From a virus: a stretch of 64,000 bases of DNA. The notes beneath the pieces were generated by a model that was given only the letters and a program-made list of their open reading frames with translations, had not been told where the DNA came from and searched no databases. The stretch lies in the IMG/VR virus record IMGVR_UViG_3300048091_000425; one strand, given 5' to 3'. Shown piece by piece: positions 9,495 to 18,450 of the stretch; positions within the stretch are counted from its first letter, which is position 1, and every line of letters begins with the position of its first letter. Made by a program: the position numbers and the translations under genes.

Positions 9495-10660
9495 TGGCTT
9501 GTTCCCGAGTCATTGATCTTGGCGTCAGCTTCTATCGCCACCGGCGAGGGCATCGAGCCGTAAAATAGTGGCTTCCAATCGAAATAGTCCTCCCGTGGAA
9601 ACAGGAGTGTGTATTCGCCGCTGATTAAACCAACTCGACATTCATCGAGTGTTTTGCTCGCAAAGGAGATATGGGTATCAGGCTCACCAAAGTGGCTTTG
9701 ATTTTTGCGCTTGTATTCCCATGCCACCGGCTCACCCCGACCAAACTTCAGTCCCTCGTTTTCCGTCGTCAGCTGGGCGATTCGTTTTCGCATCTCTGGC
9801 ATATCACGCAAAAACGCTGTTTGGATTTTCATCCACATGAGCCCAGTATTGTCCCCTACTGCTTTGGCAGTAATGTCGATCACCTCCTGCAAAGAATCCT
9901 GATCGTCTTTCTGCTGGGCGATGGTGGCTTGCAATTCGGCGAGTTCGGGTGCTGCACTTTGTACCGGAGCAGTTGGCTGTATCTCGTACCCTGTTATGCG
10001 CCCTTCCAGAATGCCCCTCAAGAACATGGCATTTGAAGAAGCGAGCTCTCCGCGCCATTCGTAGCTATTGATTGCTTCCAGAAGACGGCGAGGAACGCCC
10101 ACAATTTCATCACGAATCACAAGAGGTTCAAGCTCGACGGCCAGGCCAGCTGGCTTCACCGCTGGATTAACGACTGCCGCAATCCGTGCCCAGAGCGCTT
10201 TGTCTGAAAGCAGTGGGAGCTTGCCGCTTACCTCACGCAGCAACTCGACCAGTTCCGTGTTCAGCTGCACGGAGGCTTTTAACTGCTCACCCAGTTTCGC
10301 AATGGTCGAATCGTCCAATTCGGCCAGACGCTTGCTGTTTGTCAGAACCTCAACGATTGACTGCTCGGTCTGACCACGAAATTTCTCGACAATGCGCCTG
10401 AGCGAATTGAAGTTGATTTCCGTCATTTGATGGCCAATGAAAAAGTCTGGATCTGGCGTAAATTCACTGCCGCGCACTTCGCTAACAGCATTGACAAGTT
10501 CGACCCAGGTCAGCTCGCGCACTTCGACAGGAGCTTCGAGAATTGCACGTATCTCGTCATCGAGCCGCGTAGTTCCGCTCTCATCTGAGCTGTGGTGCTG
10601 GGCCAGCTCGCACAGGATCCGCTCCACCATCTCCGGCGTGAATTCGATTTTACGAGTCAT
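9491..10660 (-). CDS. Phage-like modular protein
   Basis: 389 aa; modules 'IRAILEAP', 'ELVELLREV', 'AELAELQATIAQ', 'EPVAW'. Confidence 0.65.
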   Translation of the reverse strand: MTRKIEFTPEMVERILCELAQHHSSDESGTTRLDDEIRAILEAPVEVRELTWVELVNAVSEVRGSEFTPDPDFFIGHQMTEINFNSLRRIVEKFRGQTEQSIVEVLTNSKRLAELDDSTIAKLGEQLKASVQLNTELVELLREVSGKLPLLSDKALWARIAAVVNPAVKPAGLAVELEPLVIRDEIVGVPRRLLEAINSYEWRGELASSNAMFLRGILEGRITGYEIQPTAPVQSAAPELAELQATIAQQKDDQDSLQEVIDITAKAVGDNTGLMWMKIQTAFLRDMPEMRKRIAQLTTENEGLKFGRGEPVAWEYKRKNQSHFGEPDTHISFASKTLDECRVGLISGEYTLLFPREDYFDWKPLFYGSMPSPVAIEADAKINDSGTSQ

Positions 10661-11036
10661 GGCTGCACCAGTTGAATTTGTTAGCTTCCAGGATTTCGAT
10701 CTCGCGCTTTAGCGCGTCGATTGCGTTTAACTTGGAGTTGATTACGCATTGAATCGCGGCGTTGATGTCCGCCTCTACCTCAGCCTCGGTGTCGAACACC
10801 TGGCTGACGTGCAAAAACATAGGCCCGATAAGGCTGCCGGAGGTCGACCAGGCTTCCAGAGACCCATCCCGCAAAGAAGTCGTGTTCGCCACTGTGACCG
10901 GAACCGCCTCAAACTTATGATCCGCAAGGGCTAGAGGGCCAGTACTGTGAAGGGCCATTTTAAGGCTGCGTGAAAGTCCTATGAAGCCAGTCCCACGGCC
11001 CGACGGCCAACGGGCTAGAAACTGATGGTTTCTCAT
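10650..11036 (-). CDS. Hypothetical protein
   Basis: 128 aa, coupled to both neighbours. Confidence 0.55.
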   Translation of the reverse strand: MRNHQFLARWPSGRGTGFIGLSRSLKMALHSTGPLALADHKFEAVPVTVANTTSLRDGSLEAWSTSGSLIGPMFLHVSQVFDTEAEVEADINAAIQCVINSKLNAIDALKREIEILEANKFNWCSHDS

Positions 11037-11599
11037 TCCGCGACCGCCGCTTCTGCAGGCTTGAGCTTGATATCAAACACTTCAGCCAGCTCTTGCAGCA
11101 GGAACCCATTACGGATCATTTCTTCAAGATCGTTTGACGGGTGGGTGTAGCTGCAGCCGGTGATCGCTGACACGCCGTCGATGCCCAAGCGACGGATCAG
11201 CGCATTCAACAACTTGGTTTTTGCCGCATCACTTTCCTGGGCGGCGCCCAACGCCGAACGATGGTTCTTGATAGAGCGCTCGGCGGATTGCAGCAACTGA
11301 TCGGTATTGGCCAAGTCTTTACGCAAGGCCACCACGTCAGGCTGCTCGCCTGGATTCAGGAAGAGCTGCGTTCCAACTGGCAAACGGGCCAGTTCCGGGC
11401 CGTACCAAAGGCGCTGATGAGGATTTGGCACGATGTAATCAACGATCTCTGCAACCACATGGCCCTGACCATCGGCCACGGCGCCGGCAACCAGGACGCG
11501 CAGCTCAGCCAAGGCCTGTTTGTTCACAACGATGCCGCGACATTCAGTAGTGTCCAGACGATCTACAGCGGCCTTGATTGCTTCGATTTTACTGCTCAT
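11033..11599 (-). CDS. Phage-like modular protein
   Basis: Likely start MSSKI at 11599; 'LPVGTQLF' module plus coiled coil. Confidence 0.6.
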   Translation of the reverse strand: MSSKIEAIKAAVDRLDTTECRGIVVNKQALAELRVLVAGAVADGQGHVVAEIVDYIVPNPHQRLWYGPELARLPVGTQLFLNPGEQPDVVALRKDLANTDQLLQSAERSIKNHRSALGAAQESDAAKTKLLNALIRRLGIDGVSAITGCSYTHPSNDLEEMIRNGFLLQELAEVFDIKLKPAEAAVAE

Positions 11600-11656
11600 C
11601 TGAGCCTCACATTCAAAAATAGGGTTTGTGCACAAAAAGCCGAATGGGCTCAGCGT

Positions 11657-12133
11657 TTAACAGGCGTAACAGAACTGAAAGTACCGACCATCGGGCAACG
11701 GCATGCTCATCGTGCCGGCATAGTCATCGCCAGACATCCCGCCATTGGTGGTCTGATCGACGTACACATCCCCCAGGTCAAAGGATTCGTCCTGAGGTTG
11801 GCCAAGAGGCGCCGCCGCGATCAGGTAGCTGTGCGTGTAGCTCGAATCACTGAGTGTGTCCTTGATCTGGTCGAAGACCTTAGGCGAGACCATCGCCTTA
11901 ACCTGCTCCAGCACGGCATTTTCCTGCTCACGCTGCTCCGCCATTTCACGGTGCATCTCGTCGTAGGCCGCCAGGCACTCGGCGTCTTCCGGGCTAAGCG
12001 TGGCCTCGTCATCAGGGACAGTGGTTTGCGCCCCGAAAACCAGCAGTTCGCTTGCAGGCATGGCTTTAAGCTGATCCATAGCAGTACGGGCTGCGGCCTT
12101 CACTGGCGCCGAGTTGGCAAATTTTCTTGGCAT
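11657..12133 (-). CDS. Hypothetical acidic protein
   Basis: 158 aa; C-terminal 'YVDQTTNGG..GD.YAG'. Confidence 0.65.
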   Translation of the reverse strand: MPRKFANSAPVKAAARTAMDQLKAMPASELLVFGAQTTVPDDEATLSPEDAECLAAYDEMHREMAEQREQENAVLEQVKAMVSPKVFDQIKDTLSDSSYTHSYLIAAAPLGQPQDESFDLGDVYVDQTTNGGMSGDDYAGTMSMPLPDGRYFQFCYAC

Positions 12134-12196
12134 TTGATCGCTCCTAATCCTTCAGTGCACTGCTCATGAAACATCTAGGCCGCTTGGATACAGTCC

Positions 12197-12763
12197 TTAC
12201 GATTGGCTCGCCGGCTGCTCTTGCTGCTTTTGTTTCTCTTCGAATTCACGTACCCGCTCCTGGTAATAGGCCCAGGCAGCGTTGAACTGCTCTCGTTTCC
12301 AATTCCGGATGAGCTTTCTTCGGCTCCGGATGGTGTTGTCCTCAATGATCAAACCTGGGCCAACCATCCGTTGAATACGGCGGATCACCGCCGACTTGCA
12401 GCCCGAACTGTTTTTGTAAACGCCGCAGAAATCGCCTCGAAGCTCTTCTTCCTCGACATGAAGTTCGTACTTATAGACGATCCTTACCTGCTCACCTTCT
12501 CGGGTAAGTCTGTCTTTGAGCCAGGCGTTTACCCGACCCTGGAACTTCATTGCCAGATCATAGGGGGACGGGTAAGAAGCGTACGTGCCCCCATCGCGGA
12601 ACGTCCCAAAAAGCTCAACGCAGGTTTCAATTTTAAGTACGGCTGCCGCACCCCGAAAATGCTTGCGCTGGTCTTTGTTGATGCAAATGTGGTTCCGCTG
12701 ATCTCGATACATCAGCGGCACATGATCACCTTGCATCTCGCAATAGGTTCCCCTGCTTGCCAT
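12197..12763 (-). CDS. Hypothetical protein
   Basis: 188-aa ORF with GGAG RBS upstream. Confidence 0.65.
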   Translation of the reverse strand: MASRGTYCEMQGDHVPLMYRDQRNHICINKDQRKHFRGAAAVLKIETCVELFGTFRDGGTYASYPSPYDLAMKFQGRVNAWLKDRLTREGEQVRIVYKYELHVEEEELRGDFCGVYKNSSGCKSAVIRRIQRMVGPGLIIEDNTIRSRRKLIRNWKREQFNAAWAYYQERVREFEEKQKQQEQPASQS

Positions 12764-12802
12764 TTTTACTCCCTACAAGTTCTGTCTAAGCTGAGTGCCG
12801 AA

Positions 12803-13051
12803 TTATTCAAGGCCGCGCAAACGCAGGCCTTCGCTTTCACAAATTTTGCGTAATTCGTCCTTGTCCATGTCATCCAGACCGATGCAATTCGCCTCGGTAA
12901 GACCGAATTCTCGCAACAAGTCAGCGGCATAGAGCGGCTGATCTGCAGAGCGCATCAACGACGCAGCGGCCAGCAGCACACCCAATTCGAACTCAGTCGG
13001 CTTGTTGCGGCGACGTTTGGGTTTAAGGGGACTGGGCATGGTCACTTCCAA
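12803..13051 (-). CDS. Hypothetical protein
   Basis: 82 aa in the co-directional cluster. Confidence 0.55.
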   Translation of the reverse strand: MEVTMPSPLKPKRRRNKPTEFELGVLLAAASLMRSADQPLYAADLLREFGLTEANCIGLDDMDKDELRKICESEGLRLRGLE

Positions 13052-13266
13052 GCGAAAGGTACGTCGTCAAAGAGCGGAGCCATCGCGTCGATGGTCTCGA
13101 TCAGTTGCGCTTCGCTAACTTTCACCCCGGCATATTCCTTGGCCAGCTCCAGAAACGTTGCGTGCGGCACCCCACCGTACGTGGGGAGGTTACCGCCACA
13201 CGATTGCACCTCATACAGTGCAAGAGTCACCATATTAAGCGCTAAAATTGCATCTTTACTGAACAT
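13042..13266 (-). CDS. Hypothetical protein
   Basis: 74 aa with GGAG RBS. Confidence 0.6.
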   Translation of the reverse strand: MFSKDAILALNMVTLALYEVQSCGGNLPTYGGVPHATFLELAKEYAGVKVSEAQLIETIDAMAPLFDDVPFAWK

Positions 13267-13276
13267 GGTGGTGCTC

Positions 13277-13564
13277 CTATGCCGCCTGCCGAGAGACAGC
13301 AGCCTTGATGTTCATCCGAGCGTAAACGACCGGCGTGCCTGGGCCCTCGGGATTGATCACCGTCGAATTGACGTACGTCTTGCGGTATGGGGAATACACC
13401 GGCTGTTCACGCAGGAAGCCGCGTTGGACGTCTTTGGCCTGGAAGAATGGATATTCTTTGACAAAATCACCTGCGAACTGATCGCAGTCGGTGCCCTCAC
13501 GCCAGGCGAATCGCGTGGAATCAGTGAATTTCCAGGTGTGCAGGGATTTGATGGTTGGCATCAA
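13277..13564 (-). CDS. Hypothetical protein
   Basis: 95 aa with GGAG RBS. Confidence 0.6.
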   Translation of the reverse strand: MMPTIKSLHTWKFTDSTRFAWREGTDCDQFAGDFVKEYPFFQAKDVQRGFLREQPVYSPYRKTYVNSTVINPEGPGTPVVYARMNIKAAVSRQAA

Positions 13565-13587
13565 GCAACTCCATTTTATTCTTGAAT

Positions 13588-14319
13588 TTAAGCGGCTGCC
13601 CAGGCCATCGCCCGGTCAAAGTCAGTTTCGCTCATCGGCACACCGGTTCGGCAGATCCTCAGGAAGGCGTGCTTGGCTTCCTCTGGGGTCGCATCGACAA
13701 TCACGGTCAAAGTGACACGGGCGTTGCCGAAAGCCTCGGAGGCCCGGCCAAAAAGATCGGCCATCTCTTCGACACCTTCCCTTCCCTGAGCATCCATCTC
13801 CCGCAGCAGCTTCATGGCCCGCTGATAAATTTCCGTAGAGACGCTGCTCATGACCGTCCAGGCCGGCAGGCACATCGACTTTTTTGCGACCTTATGACTC
13901 ACAAACTTCATGGACTGAGAAGCCAGATCCAGCACCAGGCACTGATTGCCTAGAAACATATGCTCTGAGGGAGAGTAGTCCAGGGCTGGCGCCGGCCCTT
14001 CCAGCATCAGCCAAGCCAAGGTAGCCAGACGGTGCTGACCGTCGAGCAACAGCGCCACCGTTTTCCATTTCTCGCCATCGTGGGACAGAGAAATAGGCCC
14101 CAACCGGGTTTTGGCGATCTTGGACAGATCTGCCTTGTCTTCTGGCTGCCACATCAGCATGCCGCCCACCGGGAAGCCTGACAGAATCGAATCGCACAAG
14201 GCCTCAACGTCGCTCCTGTCCCACTGATAGGGGCGCTGCATCGCTGCAGGCATCATCCGGCCTGATTTGACGTCAGCCAGCAGAGAGGGCAAGAAAGTTG
14301 TGCTCAGTACGGTTCGCAT
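13588..14319 (-). CDS. Stand-alone DUF262 (GmrS/ParB-like) domain protein
   Basis: QRPYQW, LCDSILSGFPVGGML.W, LLDGQHRL.TL motifs. Confidence 0.85.
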   Translation of the reverse strand: MRTVLSTTFLPSLLADVKSGRMMPAAMQRPYQWDRSDVEALCDSILSGFPVGGMLMWQPEDKADLSKIAKTRLGPISLSHDGEKWKTVALLLDGQHRLATLAWLMLEGPAPALDYSPSEHMFLGNQCLVLDLASQSMKFVSHKVAKKSMCLPAWTVMSSVSTEIYQRAMKLLREMDAQGREGVEEMADLFGRASEAFGNARVTLTVIVDATPEEAKHAFLRICRTGVPMSETDFDRAMAWAAA

Positions 14320-14368
14320 TCGAATTCCTTTGGCTGCTTAGCGGCAGATAACCTCTCTGACTGTGAGA

Positions 14369-14397
14369 ATAATAAACCCCTAGCGTTATACCTGCAA
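14369..14397 (-). promoter_or_regulatory. Sigma70 promoter with CTAG-centred spacer operator (copy 1)
   Basis: TTGCAG-gtataacgCTAGgggtt-TATTAT, 17-bp spacer. Confidence 0.7.
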
Positions 14398-14399
14398 GC

Positions 14400-14708
14400 C
14401 TATTTTTTCACTTTCTCTTTGCACAAGGCCCGCGCATTCTCCTCGAACCGCTTTTCGTTGCTCCGGTGCATCGCCATCGACATCAGCACATAGCTGACAA
14501 AGGACGCCAGGACATTGAGGGCGAAGATCGCATCAATCATGCCGTAATGCTGACAGGTACCCGAAGGCGTGCCCATGCTCCAAGAGAACGCCGGAGCTAG
14601 CTTGAAGATCACCAGATACACCGTCAGAAACAGGCTGGACATGAAGACCAGGCCGGCGACTATGTGCAGCCGATGATAGCCTTCGCTCGACAGCTCAAGG
14701 CGGCTCAT
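14400..14708 (-). CDS. Small membrane protein (2 TM)
   Basis: Two hydrophobic stretches. Confidence 0.6.
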   Translation of the reverse strand: MSRLELSSEGYHRLHIVAGLVFMSSLFLTVYLVIFKLAPAFSWSMGTPSGTCQHYGMIDAIFALNVLASFVSYVLMSMAMHRSNEKRFEENARALCKEKVKK

Positions 14709-15139
14709 TGGGAGAGTCCTTTGGCAGCGAGGTCGATCACACAGCTGGCCGCCAGCATCTGATCACCCAGCTCCGTGCAATTTCCATTAACTTTCAGGGT
14801 GTAGGCGGAGTCGAGGTTGAGTTCAACCGTCGAGCGGGCTGTGTCGATTACCAGAGCTTCGATGTCCGCTCGCTTCTGGTCACACAGGCATAGCGCGATG
14901 TGGTTCTCGCTGCACCAATCAATCGCTTCCTTGATCTGCGCCGGCGCGTTTTTCAGCTTGCTGATGTGGTCGAAGGCGACAATGACCGTGTCATTGGGGG
15001 GCTGGCGCCAGGTCTTGGCGCTTAACACGTCAACCGACAGAGGATCGACCAGGAACACATTTCCTATGGCTTTGATTGTCTGGAGCAAGTGCGTTTTGCC
15101 GGCGCCAGCGCCACCGGTAATCATGATGATGTGCATCAA
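14705..15139 (-). CDS. Small P-loop NTPase-like protein
   Basis: Walker A GGAGAGKT; Walker-B-like IVAFD. Confidence 0.65.
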   Translation of the reverse strand: MMHIIMITGGAGAGKTHLLQTIKAIGNVFLVDPLSVDVLSAKTWRQPPNDTVIVAFDHISKLKNAPAQIKEAIDWCSENHIALCLCDQKRADIEALVIDTARSTVELNLDSAYTLKVNGNCTELGDQMLAASCVIDLAAKGLSQ

Positions 15140-15196
15140 GGTTTTCCTGTAGGCGGCACCATTATGCGGCTGCCGCGAATTATCGTTGAACGTGGT

Positions 15197-15742
15197 TTAT
15201 GCCGCCTGAGCGCCCTGCTCTGTCGGCGTGTTCGTCATCTGACGCAAGGCCTGCTGCACAACTTCAACCATCTCGATGAAGTGCAGATACTGTTCGGTGG
15301 TCTTGGACTTCAGACAGTGCGGCCAGTCAGGCCCGAACACCGCAGATAGAAGCGAGCCGTCGTGATAGGGGTCACGCATGCCGCCAGGAATCTTGGAAAG
15401 CAGTTCCTGGTATGTCTCTAGATCGATTTCCTTATCGCGGCGGCGCTCTTTGAGGTAGCGCTTGGCTTCCCGCTCGGTGGCTTTGAAGTCGTATTCACTA
15501 GAGGCTGGGGCCCCGAGGTTGCCGCCCAGGTAGGTGGAATCGCAGCCGATGAAAAACGGCACAATGGTCGACCCCATGCTGCCCCAGTAGCCATTCCAGG
15601 TCTTGCCGTCATGAGTGATGGAGATCTTGCCGGCGTGGTGCGCGGTGTCCTCCAACATCACAGTGATGGTGCTGAAACCGTACTTTTTACCCTTGGCTTC
15701 GGTGATGACAATCTGGGTTACAACCTTCGTCGCAATTTGCAT
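15197..15742 (-). CDS. Phage-type hypothetical protein
   Basis: 'GKISI...W..YWGSMG.TI..FF..CD..YL' pattern. Confidence 0.65.
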   Translation of the reverse strand: MQIATKVVTQIVITEAKGKKYGFSTITVMLEDTAHHAGKISITHDGKTWNGYWGSMGSTIVPFFIGCDSTYLGGNLGAPASSEYDFKATEREAKRYLKERRRDKEIDLETYQELLSKIPGGMRDPYHDGSLLSAVFGPDWPHCLKSKTTEQYLHFIEMVEVVQQALRQMTNTPTEQGAQAA

Positions 15743-15846
15743 GAAATGTTCCAGTCCGTTGCATCCATGACCAGCACCAGCTGTCGGTAGCCTGGGCCGA
15801 AAGCACTGAACCAGAGCCTTGTTGGCGGTGTCAGTGAAGTTCTCGA

Positions 15847-15874
15847 ATTATACCGACCAAACAATGGTTGTCAA
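15847..15874 (-). promoter_or_regulatory. Consensus sigma70 promoter
   Basis: TTGACA-16 bp-TATAAT on the minus strand. Confidence 0.75.
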
Positions 15875-16008
15875 TTGCCACTACTGGCGAACAAGGGCAG
15901 TCCTGCAAGCAGGAAGCAAGTCGACTTCTCCGCGAAGCGGCTACTGCACCGCCGCCTACCGTGATAGTCTTATAGTTGACCCGACCAACATCACGAGAAT
16001 GTTCGCCC

Positions 16009-16257
16009 ATGCGAATTGAGACAGTCAGCTTTTTGAAAAAACACGCATCCAAGCTGCCCCTGGATGAGCCGTTGGTGATTACGCAAAATGGCATTCCTGC
16101 CTATGTGGTCGAGTCCTACGCGGATAGCAAGCGCCGCGAAGAGACTATCGCCCTGGTGAAAATGCTAGCGTCCAGTTCAGGCCAGTACGCCCAAGGCAAA
16201 CATTGCTCGACGGATGAGCTGAAGAGTCGGTTAAGCCGACGGTACGCTCACAGATAA
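16009..16257 (+). CDS. Orphan Phd/YefM-family antitoxin (PfiA-like)
   Basis: [31 protein letters not shown]; closely resembles the Pf4 prophage antitoxin PfiA as recalled from memory; terminator follows directly, no toxin. Confidence 0.8.
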   Translation: MRIETVSFLKKHASKLPLDEPLVITQNGIPAYVVESYADSKRREETIALVKMLASSSGQYAQGKHCSTDELKSRLSRRYAHR

Positions 16258-16290
16258 GGGTTCCGCCGACTCCGGTCGCTGCCTGAAACG

Positions 16291-16325
16291 AAAAAGCCCC
16301 GGCGAGTTATCGCAGGGGCTTTTTT
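16291..16325. terminator. Bidirectional rho-independent terminator (repeat copy A)
   Basis: AAAAAGCCCC-GGCGAGTTATCGCA-GGGGCTTTTTT. Confidence 0.8.
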
Positions 16326-16387
16326 GTGGGGTTCAGATTGTGATCACCCAGAGCGCTTAAAATATTTATCAACAATTGCCTTGTGAA

Positions 16388-16406
16388 ATTACCCACTTAG
16401 GGTAAT
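16388..16406. promoter_or_regulatory. Palindromic operator candidate upstream of the mqsA-like gene
   Basis: ATTACCC-N5-GGGTAAT perfect arms. Confidence 0.5.
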
Positions 16407-16440
16407 CTCTGCACCTCAAACCAACCGAAGTAAGCAAAAA

Positions 16441-16860
16441 ATGTTAAGCAAAGATCAATGTGTGGCCTGTGGTCACAAGGGAACCGTCCCGTTTAGTAAT
16501 CGTTCGTTCGCAATCGCCCATAAGTACGTCACAGCAGATGTACATGGCATCAGCGGGGTCGAATGTTCGCATCCAGAATGCAAAGAGATTGTGTTCAATC
16601 CAGATGACAGCAGTGCAGTACGATATTCGGAGGCCCTGGACAGTTTAATTGCCAGGTACCGTGGGCACGAAATGCGTCGAATTCGAGGGAAGTTGGGCCT
16701 CACCCAAAAGCAAATGGTGGAGCGCGTTTGTGGTGGTGGGCACAATGCCGTGTCGCGGTACGAGAAAGGCGAAATTTGTGTTCCGACCCCACTGTGGGTC
16801 TTGATAGTCCTGTTGGACAAAAAACCCGAACTGTTGACCGAACTGAGCATGAAAATATGA
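16441..16860 (+). CDS. mqsA: Orphan MqsA-family antitoxin (Zn finger + Cro HTH)
   Basis: CVAC...CSHPEC and GGGHNAVSRYEKG...LLDKKPELL, matching E. coli MqsA GGGVNAFSRYEKG...LDKHPELL. Confidence 0.85.
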   Translation: MLSKDQCVACGHKGTVPFSNRSFAIAHKYVTADVHGISGVECSHPECKEIVFNPDDSSAVRYSEALDSLIARYRGHEMRRIRGKLGLTQKQMVERVCGGGHNAVSRYEKGEICVPTPLWVLIVLLDKKPELLTELSMKI

Positions 16861-16882
16861 GGTGGCCTCAGTTGAAGGCAAC

Positions 16883-16918
16883 AAAAAAGCCCCGGCGAGT
16901 GATCGTCGGGGCTTTTTT
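16883..16918. terminator. Bidirectional terminator (repeat copy B)
   Basis: AAAAAAGCCCCG-GCGAGTGATCGT-CGGGGCTTTTTT; near-identical to copy A. Confidence 0.8.
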
Positions 16919-16945
16919 CATAAATCAGGCATCGTTCGGTAAACC

Positions 16946-17503
16946 CTAGCGACCGTACACCACGCGTCGGTGATCCCCTCGGCGCCGAAACTCCACAACT
17001 ACGCTTTTTTCCTTCATTTCCACATTGGTGATCTGCCAGTTGAAGTACAACTGGATGCTGAGATCATGCACTTCTGCAGCAGTAAATCCGAAGTCCGGGT
17101 AACGCTGTTGAATTTCGAGCCTTTCTGCCTCGTACAGCTTCGCGGCATCAGTGTTCATAGACTCATCTTTCCAGTTGCCTGATGCCCGCCAGTAGCTTCG
17201 TTTTCGATCTTTAACAGACCAAAGAACATCATTCTCCACGGCAAAACTATCTATATCTGCGCCGGACATCACCCTGTCAGCTATTGCCTCCAGGTGCTTT
17301 CCAGAAGCCTCTGGATACCGCTTGTTAACAGCTTTGCGCACCTTTTTTGCCTTGTCCTTATCCATTTGCTCACCGATGTGAACAAAGGCCATAGACACGG
17401 CAAAAAACATCACAATGCAGATAAAGACCTTGGGGAAGAAAATGGCGCTGGCCAATAATGCCAACAGTACAGCGCCGGCAGACATTACAAAGTCGAGCAA
17501 CAT
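16946..17503 (-). CDS. Membrane-anchored hypothetical protein
   Basis: Two N-terminal TM segments. Confidence 0.65.
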   Translation of the reverse strand: MLLDFVMSAGAVLLALLASAIFFPKVFICIVMFFAVSMAFVHIGEQMDKDKAKKVRKAVNKRYPEASGKHLEAIADRVMSGADIDSFAVENDVLWSVKDRKRSYWRASGNWKDESMNTDAAKLYEAERLEIQQRYPDFGFTAAEVHDLSIQLYFNWQITNVEMKEKSVVVEFRRRGDHRRVVYGR

Positions 17504-17563
17504 TGGACACCCTCAATCGAGCGGCAAACGGCTGCAGGCAATGAAGCCTGCAGCTCCTCGGGA

Positions 17564-18355
17564 TTACTGCGCTTTGCCAGCCAGCGCTTTTGGAACCAAA
17601 CGATCCGGTGGGCTGTAGCCACCCATCATCTCACCGCTCTCCAGGTAAATGGTCGGCGTACCGCGCACACCCAGCAACTTGCCGAGTTCATACTGCGCCG
17701 CCACTTGGTTATCGCATGTCAGTTTCGCAATTGGGGTCTCGCCAGTGGCGTCATCCATAGCCTTGCGGGCATCTGGCGCACACCAGACGCTGACCATCTT
17801 CTGGTAGGTCTCGCTCTCCAGCCCCATACGCGGGAACGCCAGGTATCGGACTTCAATGCCCTGAGCGTTCAGCGCCGGCACGTCGTCGTGCAGTTTCGCG
17901 CAATACGGGCAATCAACATCCGTGAATACCGTGATGGTGGCTTTGCGGTTGGCAGCCGGGTAGATCACCATGTCCGACTCTTTCAGGCCTTTCAGCTTTT
18001 GCACTGCAACCTTCTTCTGGGCCTCATCGGTGACGTTGACGATGGCGCCGTCGACATTCTTGAAGAGGTTTCCTGCGAAGATATAAGCCCCATCCTCGGT
18101 GGCATACAGCGGGCGACCGCTGGCCAGTTCTACGGAGTACAGGCCGGCAATATCCGACTTCTGGATCGACGTGACACTCACGTCATTCTGAAGGATCTTC
18201 AGCGTGGCCATGATCTTGTCGTCATGGCGCGATTCGACCTTTTGTGGGGCAGCAGGGGCCTTCAAGACGTTACTGTTGCTTACATACCAAGCCGCAGACA
18301 CGCCAAGAAGGACGACCACCGTCGAAACCAGTGTGGATCTTTTAAGTGTTGCCAT
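17564..18355 (-). CDS. dsbC: Thiol:disulfide isomerase DsbC family
   Basis: FTDVDCPYC active site, cis-Pro GTPT, N-terminal dimerisation domain and membrane/signal segment; start MATLK at 18355. Confidence 0.9.
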   Translation of the reverse strand: MATLKRSTLVSTVVVLLGVSAAWYVSNSNVLKAPAAPQKVESRHDDKIMATLKILQNDVSVTSIQKSDIAGLYSVELASGRPLYATEDGAYIFAGNLFKNVDGAIVNVTDEAQKKVAVQKLKGLKESDMVIYPAANRKATITVFTDVDCPYCAKLHDDVPALNAQGIEVRYLAFPRMGLESETYQKMVSVWCAPDARKAMDDATGETPIAKLTCDNQVAAQYELGKLLGVRGTPTIYLESGEMMGGYSPPDRLVPKALAGKAQ

Positions 18356-18450
18356 TAAATTCTCCGAATAAACTGAGCGGGTTCTGTTTTGGATCTGATA
18401 TTGCGTATATATTGACAAGGATAACAAAAACACATTCATTCCGGTGATTC

